From Candidatus Omnitrophota bacterium (GTDB lineage: Bacteria; Omnitrophota; Gorgyraeia; Gygaellales; Profunditerraquicolaceae), in assembly GCA_023247825.1 (NCBI GenBank), contig JAHFFR010000001.1, positions 23,009-87,008 of the forward strand: a DNA stretch of 64,000 nucleotides. Direction: 5' to 3'. Within the stretch, counting starts at the first letter, position 1. Each line of letters opens with the position of its first letter. This document shows, piece after piece, positions 49,041-58,982 of this stretch. Under the pieces are notes generated by a model. That model did no database searches. It was not told the origin of the DNA and saw only the letters and a list, made by a program, of their open reading frames with translations. The position numbers and the translations under genes are program-made.

Positions 49041-49757
49041 TCATCCTTTCTTAATAATCATAGCTTGATCAGAATAATAAAATCTATTGATAACTTTATT
49101 AGCCAGATTAAATCCAGTAATCGCCTTTCCTTGCAATACAATTATTTCTTCCGGCTTGTCTTTTAAAAATTCACTCACCGCCTTTTTAGCTCCCGGCAAA
49201 TATCTGTTATAATAATCGTGAATCAGAATAACTCCGTTTTTCACCATCAGAGGATAAAAGAATTTTAACCCATCAAGCGTCGACTCATAAATATCCGCAT
49301 CCAAATGCACAAAGGAAAACCTGAGTGATTTTTTTCCCAATTCAACAACGCTATCCGGAAATATCCCTTCATAGAAAAAAATATTATCATACTTAGCCAA
49401 ATAATCTTTTACCTCGCTCAAAGACCCACCTCTGATTTCTCCTCTGTTTATTTTATTAATCGAAAACTCATTGGGCGGCAAGCCGGAAAAAGTGTCAAAT
49501 AAATGCAGCGATCGCCTACCCTTAATCTCACAGATCAATTTTGCGCTTCCCCCAGAAAAAACTCCAAGCTCAGCGATATCCCCGGGGAGCATTGCTGTAT
49601 TTTTAACTCTGTAATAAATATTCCACATCTCCCCGAAACCTAATAATATCTTTTTTTCACCCGAGAGCTGTCTGACCAGTCTTTTAAATTTTATTTCAAA
49701 AGCAATGATAAATCTCGCAAAAACTCTCCCCATGTTTATAATGATAATGTTCTTCAT
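49041..49757 (-). CDS. TylF/MycF (macrocin-O-methyltransferase)-family sugar O-methyltransferase
   Basis: FVHLDADIYESTLDGLKFFYPLMVKNGVILIHDY. 238 aa. Confidence 0.65.
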   Translation of the reverse strand: MKNIIIINMGRVFARFIIAFEIKFKRLVRQLSGEKKILLGFGEMWNIYYRVKNTAMLPGDIAELGVFSGGSAKLICEIKGRRSLHLFDTFSGLPPNEFSINKINRGEIRGGSLSEVKDYLAKYDNIFFYEGIFPDSVVELGKKSLRFSFVHLDADIYESTLDGLKFFYPLMVKNGVILIHDYYNRYLPGAKKAVSEFLKDKPEEIIVLQGKAITGFNLANKVINRFYYSDQAMIIKKG

Positions 49758-49804
49758 CAGCGGCTCCTCATAAAATTATTGGCTTCTAAATAATTTTAAT
49801 ACAT

Positions 49805-50740
49805 TTATGCTATGGGAGTCCAAATAATAACAGAATAGCCTTCAATAAAAAAACTGCCCACGTAATTCCTTTGGGCTTTAATGATTTTTACTTTCCCTTT
49901 TGATTCAAGATCTTTAAGGTAGGTCAAGTAACCGCTAAGGTAGTTTCTTTTCTTAAAATAACGTATTGAAAGATAGTCCAAAAGATTTCCTTGATCCAAT
50001 AATTCTTCTACAGGTTCGGCATGAATACAAATACTCGGCTTATTTTTAAGGAGATAATCTATAAATGAATGATATTTTGATCCTATTTGTTCAAGGGAGG
50101 CAACAGTATATATGGCTGAGCCCTGCTTTAGTTTCAAGCTAAAATCCGGATTAAAATAATCGAATTTTTTGGCGAATAGCTTTTTATCAGAGTTAACAAG
50201 CGCATATTTATTAATCATGTCCTGCGACGACTTAGCCCAATCAAGCCCCCAAAGGTTAGCTTTGGGATTAAACGATCTTAATCTGACTAAATTGTGTCCG
50301 GTTCCACAACCAAATTCATAAATATTTTCATAATCTTTAAGATATTTATCAAACAACCAATCTAGGATAACTCCGAGCATATTATACTCAAAATTCGGGG
50401 AAACAGGCCTGATAAACTTTTGCTTCAATCTGTTTATCTCGTGCTTTCCAAAGTAACGAGGTATCATCGCGTCACTAGCGTTTCCTTTCAATAACTCATC
50501 TAAATTCTGTCTCCATCCTTTTTCCCATTGTTCATACCTATGCTCTCCGGAATACATAAAATCTCCACTTTGCAAAACTGATATGATTTTACTGAAGCAA
50601 CTATCGCGCTCTTCAGGAGTAAGATTCCTGTATCTTAAATTATATTTCTTTATTCGGTTTTTGACGCACGAGCTAAGCGATTCCCCAAACAACGATTCAA
50701 AATCACCTGGAGTTAAAATGTGTTCACGCGACTCCGTCAT
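49805..50740 (-). CDS. Class I SAM-dependent methyltransferase (a paralogue of 42617..43603)
   Basis: YEFGCGTGHNL motif I. 311 aa. Confidence 0.6.
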   Translation of the reverse strand: MTESREHILTPGDFESLFGESLSSCVKNRIKKYNLRYRNLTPEERDSCFSKIISVLQSGDFMYSGEHRYEQWEKGWRQNLDELLKGNASDAMIPRYFGKHEINRLKQKFIRPVSPNFEYNMLGVILDWLFDKYLKDYENIYEFGCGTGHNLVRLRSFNPKANLWGLDWAKSSQDMINKYALVNSDKKLFAKKFDYFNPDFSLKLKQGSAIYTVASLEQIGSKYHSFIDYLLKNKPSICIHAEPVEELLDQGNLLDYLSIRYFKKRNYLSGYLTYLKDLESKGKVKIIKAQRNYVGSFFIEGYSVIIWTPIA

Positions 50741-50746
50741 TTTCTA

Positions 50747-51685
50747 CTATTTCCTTATTTTCGGATAATTAGAAACAAACCACTTTACTGTTTCTTCAAT
50801 TCCTTTTTCTATGGATGTAAATTCAAACTTCGGCAAATATTTTCTTAATTTTGTAGTGTCTGACGGTTTTCTAAACTGCCCTTCGGGTTTTGTCGTATCA
50901 AATATTACCCTACCTTCAAATCCAATTTTCCTAACAATAACATCGACAATGTCCATTATTGATGTTTCTATGCCGTGCGACAAAATAATGGAATACTCTT
51001 CGCTATAATTTTCTAAAGCCCATATCGCCAATTCCGCGATATCCTTTGAATACACCATTTCTCTTAGCGGCTTCCCGCTACCCCAGAGCACAAGGTCTGT
51101 GTTATTTTTCATTGCCAAATAGCATTTGTGTATCAAAGAAGGGATAACATGGCCGTCTTCTAAATTGAAATTATCATTAGGACCATAAGCATTTGTCGGT
51201 ATAGCTACAATATAATCGCATCCCCATTCTTTTCTATAAGCGACGCTCTGAACTTCAAGCATTCTTTTTGCATAAGCATACCCAAAATTTGACGGGTGAG
51301 GCGGGCCATTATGAATATCCTTTTCATTAAGCGGATATTGACAAGCTTCAGGAAAAACACATGTAGACATAAAAGAAACGAGCTTCTTAACACCACATAA
51401 ACGCGCTGCCTCAAGGACATTGATGTTTATCATTATGTTATTGCAAAAATATTCCCCGGAATGTATCATATTACCGCCTAATCCCCCTACTTGAGCGGCA
51501 AGATGAATTACCTTATCCGGCTTGATTACATTAAAAACATCTTTTGTTGCTGTGAAATCTGTAAGATCCGCGTCTTTTCTTGTCAAATAGGCCATTTCGG
51601 GTAAACCAAGACTCGTGATGGCATGTCCGATAAGACCCCCGGCACCGGTAACCAGTATCTTAGGCATTATCATCCTCTCCCACAC
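50747..51685 (-). CDS. GDP-L-fucose synthase (Fcl)-like epimerase/reductase, copy 3 (most canonical)
   Basis: ILVTGAGGLIGHAI, GYAYAKRM (YxxxK) and GPNDNF motifs. 312 aa. Confidence 0.8.
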   Translation of the reverse strand: MWERMIMPKILVTGAGGLIGHAITSLGLPEMAYLTRKDADLTDFTATKDVFNVIKPDKVIHLAAQVGGLGGNMIHSGEYFCNNIMININVLEAARLCGVKKLVSFMSTCVFPEACQYPLNEKDIHNGPPHPSNFGYAYAKRMLEVQSVAYRKEWGCDYIVAIPTNAYGPNDNFNLEDGHVIPSLIHKCYLAMKNNTDLVLWGSGKPLREMVYSKDIAELAIWALENYSEEYSIILSHGIETSIMDIVDVIVRKIGFEGRVIFDTTKPEGQFRKPSDTTKLRKYLPKFEFTSIEKGIEETVKWFVSNYPKIRK

Positions 51686-52722
51686 GGTACATTATCATGC
51701 GCATAAAGCAGCTTCTGCCATTCTATGGTCTTCTTGAGCCCTTCAGTAAAGTCAACATATTCTTTTTTGTTAAATTCATGTTCAGCCTTCGACATGTCTA
51801 AAAAAACATCTTCCGGGGCACCGGCCAAGCCTTCAGGTAAATTGTCCGGGCAGGTAACTGGTACTTTTAGATAGTCGCCGATCTTGCGCGCAAGATCCAT
51901 TATCGTAACGCTCGAATGGCCGCCTACGTTGTAAATCGCTTCGGAGCCCTTAAAAAGTATATTCCACATTATATCGACTGCATCGCTTACATAACAATAT
52001 GTCCTCTTTGCCCGTCCATGATCCAGCAAGGATATCCCGCCTTTCAAACCTTTTCGTATAAATTCGTTGATCACTCGCTTGTCTCCATCTTTTGTTCCGG
52101 GTCCGTATGCAAGCGATAACCTTGCGGACTTCGCCTTAACTCCCTTCTGCCTGTAGGCGTTACAAATTGCTTCCCCACACCTCTTCGCCTCAATATAACA
52201 AGCTCTTGGATGGTCCGTATTAGTCGAACCGACGTCGGTTTCTACATGCGGAATGCGCTTCTGCCCGGTATAGATTTCACTTGTACTTAAAAACAACAAC
52301 TTACCATTGGCGGCAAGTTTATCAAAAAGTTCGAACAACACAACGGTATTCAATTTGATGGTCTTTACAGGATCCTGCAAAAATCTGCCGGGCTGGCCAT
52401 ATCCCGCCGCATGTATGATATAGTCGGCCTTAGGCAAGCCGCGGCAAACATCGACACCCGTTAAATCCCCCCGGACTATCTCCGACCCATCGAATCCGGC
52501 TATATCTTTAAAATATTCCGCCGGCTCACTATTAACGGTACTGTAAACTTTGAAAGGCAGCCTTTTTTTTGTCTTTAAATAATTAAGGCTGGCCAGGAAA
52601 TGCGTTCCGACTAAACCGGACGCGCCTGTTATGATTATGCTTTTATCTTTTATCTCCTCAAAATCTACCCATTCGCAGACCGTTCGCGCGTCTTCTAGTA
52701 TCAATTCAGCAAGTCTATTCAT
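51670..52722 (-). CDS. NAD-dependent epimerase/dehydratase (extended SDR)
   Basis: IIITGASGLVG and YIEAK motifs. 350 aa. Confidence 0.7.
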   Translation of the reverse strand: MNRLAELILEDARTVCEWVDFEEIKDKSIIITGASGLVGTHFLASLNYLKTKKRLPFKVYSTVNSEPAEYFKDIAGFDGSEIVRGDLTGVDVCRGLPKADYIIHAAGYGQPGRFLQDPVKTIKLNTVVLFELFDKLAANGKLLFLSTSEIYTGQKRIPHVETDVGSTNTDHPRACYIEAKRCGEAICNAYRQKGVKAKSARLSLAYGPGTKDGDKRVINEFIRKGLKGGISLLDHGRAKRTYCYVSDAVDIMWNILFKGSEAIYNVGGHSSVTIMDLARKIGDYLKVPVTCPDNLPEGLAGAPEDVFLDMSKAEHEFNKKEYVDFTEGLKKTIEWQKLLYAHDNVPCGRG

Positions 52723-53596
52723 TTATGAGGCTCCCCAGCTTCAAACGAATATTTTGCGGCGTCAAACCAATACATTGATTATGATCTTGGGCTTTTCCAT
52801 ATTGAGTTAAAAAGACATGCGGAACTCCTATATGCTCAATCTTAACGCTATTAATGCCAACTGATTTTATAACATCATAATCCAAGGCACCTGAATAATA
52901 TGGTTCGCATATGAGTATCTTTGAGGATGCGCAGTTTTGCCTTAAAGTTTCCACGTCAAATGGTTCTAACGAAGTATAATATAAAATTGTAATATCAATA
53001 TCAACACAAGCAGACATTACATCTTCCAAAACAGGGCCTACCGCAATTATGGTAGCCTTGGCCCCCCTTTTTAATACTGCAGCCTTACCAAATTCAACAC
53101 TGTTAGGTAATGAATTACCCTTTTCGGTCAATCTGAAATATGTAGCTCTTCCGTTAGTGTAAGACTGCTGAAACAGCCTATCAAACTCTTCGGGGTGACC
53201 AGGGACAACAATTTGCATGCCTGGGACATTCTTTAGGATTCCAACATCACCCGGGCAGTGATGCGTACAACCAAGAGCGGCATAGTCGAATGAACTGCCC
53301 ACGCTTATAAAATTACCACCAAGATTTTGGTAGCAAAAGTCGATTTTGATCTGTTCCAAGCTTCTTTCGACAATGAAAGGAGCAATAGTATGCACAACTG
53401 GAATAAATCCCTCTGAAGATAATCCCGCTGCAAGCCCCACAGTAGCCTGTTCTAAAATACCGGCATTATACATCCTATCAGGATATTTTTCGAAAGCACG
53501 CCTAAAACCAAAAACCCCAATGTCTCCGAGCAATACAATCAATCTACTATCCTGTTCAAGAACCGACTCAATAGTTTTAACAAATTGTTGTCTCAT
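52715..53596 (-). CDS. Transketolase C-terminal subunit, second split pair
   Basis: A paralogue of 10173..11093. 293 aa. Confidence 0.85.
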   Translation of the reverse strand: MRQQFVKTIESVLEQDSRLIVLLGDIGVFGFRRAFEKYPDRMYNAGILEQATVGLAAGLSSEGFIPVVHTIAPFIVERSLEQIKIDFCYQNLGGNFISVGSSFDYAALGCTHHCPGDVGILKNVPGMQIVVPGHPEEFDRLFQQSYTNGRATYFRLTEKGNSLPNSVEFGKAAVLKRGAKATIIAVGPVLEDVMSACVDIDITILYYTSLEPFDVETLRQNCASSKILICEPYYSGALDYDVIKSVGINSVKIEHIGVPHVFLTQYGKAQDHNQCIGLTPQNIRLKLGSLINE

Positions 53597-53598
53597 TA

Positions 53599-54360
53599 TC
53601 AGTCCAAGCTCTTAAGAATTTCTATCAACTCATCTTTTGTGGGTGACCTGTGATGCCATGCAGGATTATTTTCCATCACTTTACATCCTCTTCCTTTTAT
53701 CGTATTGGCAATAACAGCTACGGGTTTATCTTTAGGAGTATCCCTCAAGGCATTATATATTTGTTCGTGATCATGCCCATCAATCTCACAGCTCCTCCAT
53801 CCAAAAGCTTCGAATTTCATCGCAAGATCGCCAACGTTCAAAGCTCTGTCGGTCGAATGATTGTAATCAATTATGCATATGAGATTGTTCAATTTATGAT
53901 GCGCCGCCAAAAGCACCGCCTCCCAAACAGAGCCTTCGTTGCATTCACCGTCTCCGATTATTGTAAATACCTTTGAAAACGATTTTTTTATCTTCAGAGC
54001 TAGGGCAATCCCAACAGCCATAGGGAATCCATGGCCTAAAGAACCTGTTGAAGCTTCCACGCCAGGAATTTTATTCCGGTCAGGATGGCCTCCTAAAATA
54101 GAATCATATTTTGCAAAATTATCTATTAGCGATTTGTCAAAAAACCCTTTTTCAGATAAAACAACATAAAGGCCAAGCGAAGCATGGCCTTTGCTTAAAA
54201 TAAATCTATCACGGCCGGGGTGAATAGGATCATGAGGATATACATTCAGGATTCTGTCATATAATACCCACAATATATCCAGCACGGACAAGGCACTCGG
54301 GATATGCCCTTCTCCCATATTTGCCGCTATCGTAATTATTTTCTCAACAAATCTTTTCAT
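53599..54360 (-). CDS. Transketolase N-terminal (ThDP-binding) subunit, second split pair
   Basis: GHPDRNKIPGVEASTGSLGHG and GDGECNEG motifs. About 50% identity to 11090..11878. Confidence 0.85.
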   Translation of the reverse strand: MKRFVEKIITIAANMGEGHIPSALSVLDILWVLYDRILNVYPHDPIHPGRDRFILSKGHASLGLYVVLSEKGFFDKSLIDNFAKYDSILGGHPDRNKIPGVEASTGSLGHGFPMAVGIALALKIKKSFSKVFTIIGDGECNEGSVWEAVLLAAHHKLNNLICIIDYNHSTDRALNVGDLAMKFEAFGWRSCEIDGHDHEQIYNALRDTPKDKPVAVIANTIKGRGCKVMENNPAWHHRSPTKDELIEILKSLD

Positions 54361-54374
54361 ATTTAAACTTTGCC

Positions 54375-55682
54375 CTACTTTTTATTAAGCTCCCATTTGG
54401 TGCCGCCCAGCACACAACACCAATTATTAGCTCCCTGTCCATACCGCAGCATCGTCGAACCTGTTTCAACAACATTAAACCGCAAAGCATCTTCACGCGC
54501 ATCTATAACGTACGTATTAGGATGATGCGCATACAACCGAACAACATATCTGTCGGGTACGAGAAAGTTAGCTTTAAGCCACACCGACGTTTTGCGTAAA
54601 CCGGGCTTAAGTTCCGCAAACTCCTTATTGTTGCCGTCAGATAAACTGGAGAATAATACCTTAACGCCAAGCGAATTTTCTAATACAACGGTGACTTCCG
54701 TATTTGCGGTCAGGCTTATTACCTGAAATTCAAGACCAATCATAAACGGTTTCAATACGTCTACATTCACGGTTAAATTACCCTGATCGTCGGTTATCCA
54801 TGCCCGAGTGAAAGACACATTAGCGCCCGGACGCGGAATAAACTCAACAGCAGCGCTTGCTATCTCGTTCTTATCCGAAAGGTATTGTTCTATAACAGAC
54901 GCTGCCTCGCCCTGAGCCGCCAATTTACCCCTATCGAGTAAAATTGCTTGCGGGCATAATGTTCGCACCATCGGAATATTGTGGCTCACGAATAATAATG
55001 TTCGCCCATCCTTAGTCAAGTCGCTCATCTTACCCAGGCACTTCTTCTGAAAGACAATGTCTCCCACTGCCAGAACTTCGTCTACCAGTAGAATCTCTGA
55101 CTCCAGATGAGCGGCTACCGCGAAAGCCAGCCGCACGTACATGCCGCTTGAGTAACGTTTCACCGGCGTATCAAGAAAACGCTCCACCTCGGCAAACGCC
55201 ACTATTTCATCAAATTTCTTTTTTATTTCAACTCGGCTCATGCCAAGAATAGCGCCGTTAAGATATATATTTTCACTTCCGGTAAGCTCAGGATGAAATC
55301 CGGTCCCTACTTCAAGCAGACTTGCCACGCGCCCCTTGCTGGAGACCCTACCTTTAGACGGCTCCGTAATACGGCTCAAGATCTTCAAGAGGGTGGTTTT
55401 ACCCGCGCCATTACGCCCAATGATCCCGATACGATCCCCCTGACATATATCAAATGAGACATTCTTGAGCGCCCAGAATTCTTCAACTGTTGAATCTTTG
55501 TTTTTTACAGCACCCCTCTTAAAAAGCCTCCTTCCCGCTTCTTTGACTGAATTCATAATTACATCGCGAAGGGCTGTGTAGCGCCGCTCCTGATGCTCGT
55601 GACGCAGCATATATTTTTTACCCAGATTTTCGATTTTAATAACAGTTTTCATAATAACATTAGATAAAGTCCGCGAAAACAC
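54375..55682 (-). CDS. wzt: ABC polysaccharide exporter ATPase with a C-terminal ~180-aa extension (putative glycan-terminus-binding domain)
   Basis: Walker A GRNGAGKTT, signature YSSGMYVRLAF, Walker B ILLVDEVLAVGD, followed by a beta-rich C-terminal domain. 435 aa. Confidence 0.85.
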   Translation of the reverse strand: MFSRTLSNVIMKTVIKIENLGKKYMLRHEHQERRYTALRDVIMNSVKEAGRRLFKRGAVKNKDSTVEEFWALKNVSFDICQGDRIGIIGRNGAGKTTLLKILSRITEPSKGRVSSKGRVASLLEVGTGFHPELTGSENIYLNGAILGMSRVEIKKKFDEIVAFAEVERFLDTPVKRYSSGMYVRLAFAVAAHLESEILLVDEVLAVGDIVFQKKCLGKMSDLTKDGRTLLFVSHNIPMVRTLCPQAILLDRGKLAAQGEAASVIEQYLSDKNEIASAAVEFIPRPGANVSFTRAWITDDQGNLTVNVDVLKPFMIGLEFQVISLTANTEVTVVLENSLGVKVLFSSLSDGNNKEFAELKPGLRKTSVWLKANFLVPDRYVVRLYAHHPNTYVIDAREDALRFNVVETGSTMLRYGQGANNWCCVLGGTKWELNKK

Positions 55683-56499
55683 GCTCCGTTTTTCTGAAGT
55701 ACCATAATCCCGCCAACAATAGTAAAGCCATGACCAATGAAGAAGCTATAAAACCGGGCCAGTAAATCTGCTCGTTCCCGCCTAAGATCGCCCACCGGAA
55801 ACCGTCTATTACGCCCACCATCGGATTGAGGGAATAAAGCAAGCGCCATTTTTCGGGAATAATACTGCTAGAAAATCCGACCGGCGAGATGTATAGCCCC
55901 AATTGAAGAACGAAAGGGACGATATAACGAAAATCGCGATATTTAACGTTTAATGTCGCCAGCACGAGCCCGGAACCAAACGAAACCATAAAGGCCAAGA
56001 ACAGAAAAAGCGGAAGGATAATAATATGCCAGCTGGGGGTAAAACGGTAGCAGATCATGAGAACTATGAGGATAGCAAAAGAAATGGCAAAGTCAACCAG
56101 GCTTACAATCACCGTACTTGCAGGGATCACTAGCCGCGGAAAATACACCTTAGTGAGCATATTGGCATTAGATATTAAAGAGCCGCTGCTGTCACTCAGT
56201 CCATTTGCGAAAAATTGCCAGGGGAGCATAGCGGCGAATACTAATACCGGATAAGGCACATGGCCGGAGGGTAGCTTCGCAAGTTTACCAAAAATAATAG
56301 TAAAAACAACCATAGTCAGCAGAGGACGAATAACACTCCAGGCAATACCAATGACTGTCTGCTTATAGCGCACGAGCACATCGCGCCAGGCAAGAAATAA
56401 GAATAATTCTCTATAACGCCACAGATCCTTCCAGTAATGGAGCTCTGTTCGTCCTGCTTCAATTATCAAATCATAATCTGAATTAGTATTTGGATTCAT
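55660..56499 (-). CDS. wzm: ABC-2 polysaccharide exporter permease
   Basis: Six TM helices. Its stop overlaps the wzt start. 279 aa. Confidence 0.8.
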   Translation of the reverse strand: MNPNTNSDYDLIIEAGRTELHYWKDLWRYRELFLFLAWRDVLVRYKQTVIGIAWSVIRPLLTMVVFTIIFGKLAKLPSGHVPYPVLVFAAMLPWQFFANGLSDSSGSLISNANMLTKVYFPRLVIPASTVIVSLVDFAISFAILIVLMICYRFTPSWHIIILPLFLFLAFMVSFGSGLVLATLNVKYRDFRYIVPFVLQLGLYISPVGFSSSIIPEKWRLLYSLNPMVGVIDGFRWAILGGNEQIYWPGFIASSLVMALLLLAGLWYFRKTERVFADFI

Positions 56500-56500
56500 T

Positions 56501-57514
56501 TTAGCGTGTCAGGAAATGTCTCCCTGGTTTTACCCTGTCTCTCCAGTAATCAAGCAAATCTTTCATTGTTTTTTCAAAAGGTATCTCGGGTTTCCAACCT
56601 GTATGAGCTTTGAATTTTTTTGTATCAGGGACCTGCAGGTCGGCATCAAGGGGGCGCAGCCTGCTTTTTTCTGTTTCAACTTTTATATTCTTAGCAGTGG
56701 AGATGGAAAGCAAGTAGTTAAGCATTTCCCTTACCGTACAAGTGTAAGTGCCGCCTATATTGTAATATTCGCCCGCTATCGGATTGATAGTTACCAGCAT
56801 AAAATATGCTCTTACCGCATCCCGGACATCTGCCCATGTACGCAGAGAATCTAAATTGCCGGTTTTTACTATAGGCGGTATCATCTTATATTCTATCATA
56901 GCGATCTGTTTCGCAAAGGTGGATTCGGCAAAGACATCGCCGCGGCGGGGCCCGGTATGAGTAAACATCCGGGTAACAATAACTTTTTGTCCATACGCTT
57001 CGGCATGGAACCTGCCTGACAGATCAGTGCCTGTTTTTGAAATTGCGTAGGGCGAGGCTGGATGAAAAGAGCAGTTTTCGTTTATCGGCAATTTTTCTTT
57101 AGCGACTCTTCCGAAAATCTCAGACGAAGAACATACATGGATAATAGGATCAATGTCGTGGCACCTTCTCAATGCCTCAAGCAATCTCTCGGTTCCAAGA
57201 ATATTCGTGTCCAGGGTATGAATGGGGGAACTAAAACTTATAGTCGGATAACTCTGCGCAGCGAGGTGAAAGACGTAATCCGGACGGCTTTCCTCAACAA
57301 CATTCTGCAACGAAATATAGTCGCATAGATCGCCATATACGAAATAAACGCGATCTTTCCTGTTAGCTCGATCAAGAAGATGTTGAACATTATCTAAAGG
57401 GCTGCGCCATCGGCACATGCCGTAAATATCCCACCCGGTATTTCCCAATAAGAAATCGGCCAAATGGGAACCGACCATACCGCTAATTCCGGTAATAAGG
57501 GCTCGTTTTTTCAT
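56501..57514 (-). CDS. Gmd-family NDP-sugar 4,6-dehydratase or 4-reductase (Gmd/Rmd-like)
   Basis: ALITGISGMVGSHL, YAISK and FTHTGPRRG motifs. 337 aa. Confidence 0.8.
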   Translation of the reverse strand: MKKRALITGISGMVGSHLADFLLGNTGWDIYGMCRWRSPLDNVQHLLDRANRKDRVYFVYGDLCDYISLQNVVEESRPDYVFHLAAQSYPTISFSSPIHTLDTNILGTERLLEALRRCHDIDPIIHVCSSSEIFGRVAKEKLPINENCSFHPASPYAISKTGTDLSGRFHAEAYGQKVIVTRMFTHTGPRRGDVFAESTFAKQIAMIEYKMIPPIVKTGNLDSLRTWADVRDAVRAYFMLVTINPIAGEYYNIGGTYTCTVREMLNYLLSISTAKNIKVETEKSRLRPLDADLQVPDTKKFKAHTGWKPEIPFEKTMKDLLDYWRDRVKPGRHFLTR

Positions 57515-58263
57515 TATTTATCACCCCTAGATTTTTCAGTCTCGACAGATCTTTTAACCTTATTAAAAAAAGATTCTGCTTCCTTATACGAGCTTGATGT
57601 GCCAATATCGATAAATTTCGCATCTTGCGGAAATGCAAATAATCCGCTACCAATCATCTCCGGAAAAAAATTATTTTCGAGTGAGATATTTTCCTTTTCC
57701 CTTATTAACGCCACCGATCCGCGGTTTATGCAATATATTCCGGCGTTGATCCACCCGCTTTTGATATCCGCGCTTTTTTCATCAAAGGAAGTAACCATGT
57801 AATTTGAGTCAAAATTGACGCAGCCGTATCTGCTTACATCCGGTACGCGAACCAGGGCCAGTGTGCATGACGATTTTCTTAAAAGATGCCATTCTAATAA
57901 ATTCTGCGGATTAATCCCGCAGTAGGAGTCTCCGTTGTAAACCATAACCACATCGGATTTTATCATATCAAACGCATTTCTTATTGCGCCTGCCGTACCT
58001 AAAGGCTCTTGCTCTTTTGAATAACGCAGTGAAAGCGCCTTATACCTACTACCCAATAATTTTTCGATTTGTTCACCCATGAACCCTGTGCATAAAGTTA
58101 CATCCTTACCGCCCGCATTTGAAATTTGTTCGAGAATAAACGTAATGAACGGGCGCCCGGTAACTTCGGCAAGAACTTTTTGCCGGTCAGAAACTATTAA
58201 CCGCAACCTCTTGCCAAGCCCCCCACATAGAATCAATATGCTGATTTGAGACAGGTTATCCAT
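57514..58263 (-). CDS. Sugar-1-phosphate nucleotidyltransferase, HddC (heptose-1-P guanylyltransferase)-like
   Basis: ILCGGLGKRLR (G-x-G-x-R-L) motif. 249 aa. Confidence 0.75.
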   Translation of the reverse strand: MDNLSQISILILCGGLGKRLRLIVSDRQKVLAEVTGRPFITFILEQISNAGGKDVTLCTGFMGEQIEKLLGSRYKALSLRYSKEQEPLGTAGAIRNAFDMIKSDVVMVYNGDSYCGINPQNLLEWHLLRKSSCTLALVRVPDVSRYGCVNFDSNYMVTSFDEKSADIKSGWINAGIYCINRGSVALIREKENISLENNFFPEMIGSGLFAFPQDAKFIDIGTSSSYKEAESFFNKVKRSVETEKSRGDK

Positions 58264-58408
58264 CTAAACTCCGCTTTGCACCAACACAAGTAACATTACT
58301 TTGCTAGAAAATATTGTTAACTTTTTACCCTAACTCCTGCTATTCTACCGCTAAACCAATTACGCCTGCGCCTATAATCAAAATGTCAATTTTTCCATTA
58401 GTTTAGAT

Positions 58409-58439
58409 CGGGGACAGTCCCAAAAAACGGGACAGTCCC
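58409..58439. repeat. REP-like element copy A: GGGGACAGTCCC-AAAAAAC-GGGACAGTCCCC (two 11-13-bp hairpins)
   Basis: Each unit GGGAC-A-GTCCC is a self-complementary hairpin. Copy B is near-identical, down to the 3' flank TCTATT. Confidence 0.8.
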
Positions 58440-58441
58440 CT

Positions 58442-58660
58442 CTATTCGCCACCAATAGACGGCACCTGGAGTAAAACTGAAATTCTGTAGATTCTCGGAG
58501 AGAATAAGATACACCCGAACCCTATGGCACAAATTAATAGGAATACTCCAAAAAAAGTATTTTTGCGTTTAGCAAATAATTTGAAACACTGATACAGATC
58601 TATTTCCGCCTCCTCAAAATTGAACTGAGTTATTTGATCCATGCTACTGGCACCTCTCAA
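58442..58660 (-). pseudogene. Orphan N-terminal fragment (~70 aa) of a Wzz/GumC-type chain-length-determinant protein
   Basis: EIDLYQCFKLFAKRKNTFFGVFLLICAIGFGCILFSPRIYRISVLLQV has the typical Wzz N-terminal TM pattern. The ORF ends at REP copy A and has no downstream continuation. Confidence 0.45.
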
Positions 58661-58915
58661 TTTGCTGCCTACTTATTACTATCATTGATCTTGCCTAAAG
58701 AGATAGCCAGCTTCGTAGAAAGCTCCCGCTGCGTAACAGCAGGCTGAGACTCTATCTCTTTGATAATAATGAGGTTCTCTTCCTTTAAGGAGGATTGTTC
58801 AGGCATTGAACAGATATTTTAACTCGTTAGATAAGAAAGTCAAGTTCTTTAAGGGGATTTTTTTGGATTTAAATAGAAAAGGTGAGGCTTCTAGTTATTT
58901 AGGACGAGATCCCTG

Positions 58916-58946
58916 CACTGAGCGAAGCGAATGTGCTCAGGATGAC
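58916..58946. repeat. Partial inverted copy (29/31 nt identical) of the left arm of the 46192 MITE-like element
   Basis: cactgagcgaagcgaatgtgctcaggatgac matches the reverse complement of 46192..46222 (cactgagcgaaacgaatgtgctcagaatgac). Confidence 0.6.
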
Positions 58947-58982
58947 GATGAAATTCAGGATTCCCCCCCCAGAATAAGTATA

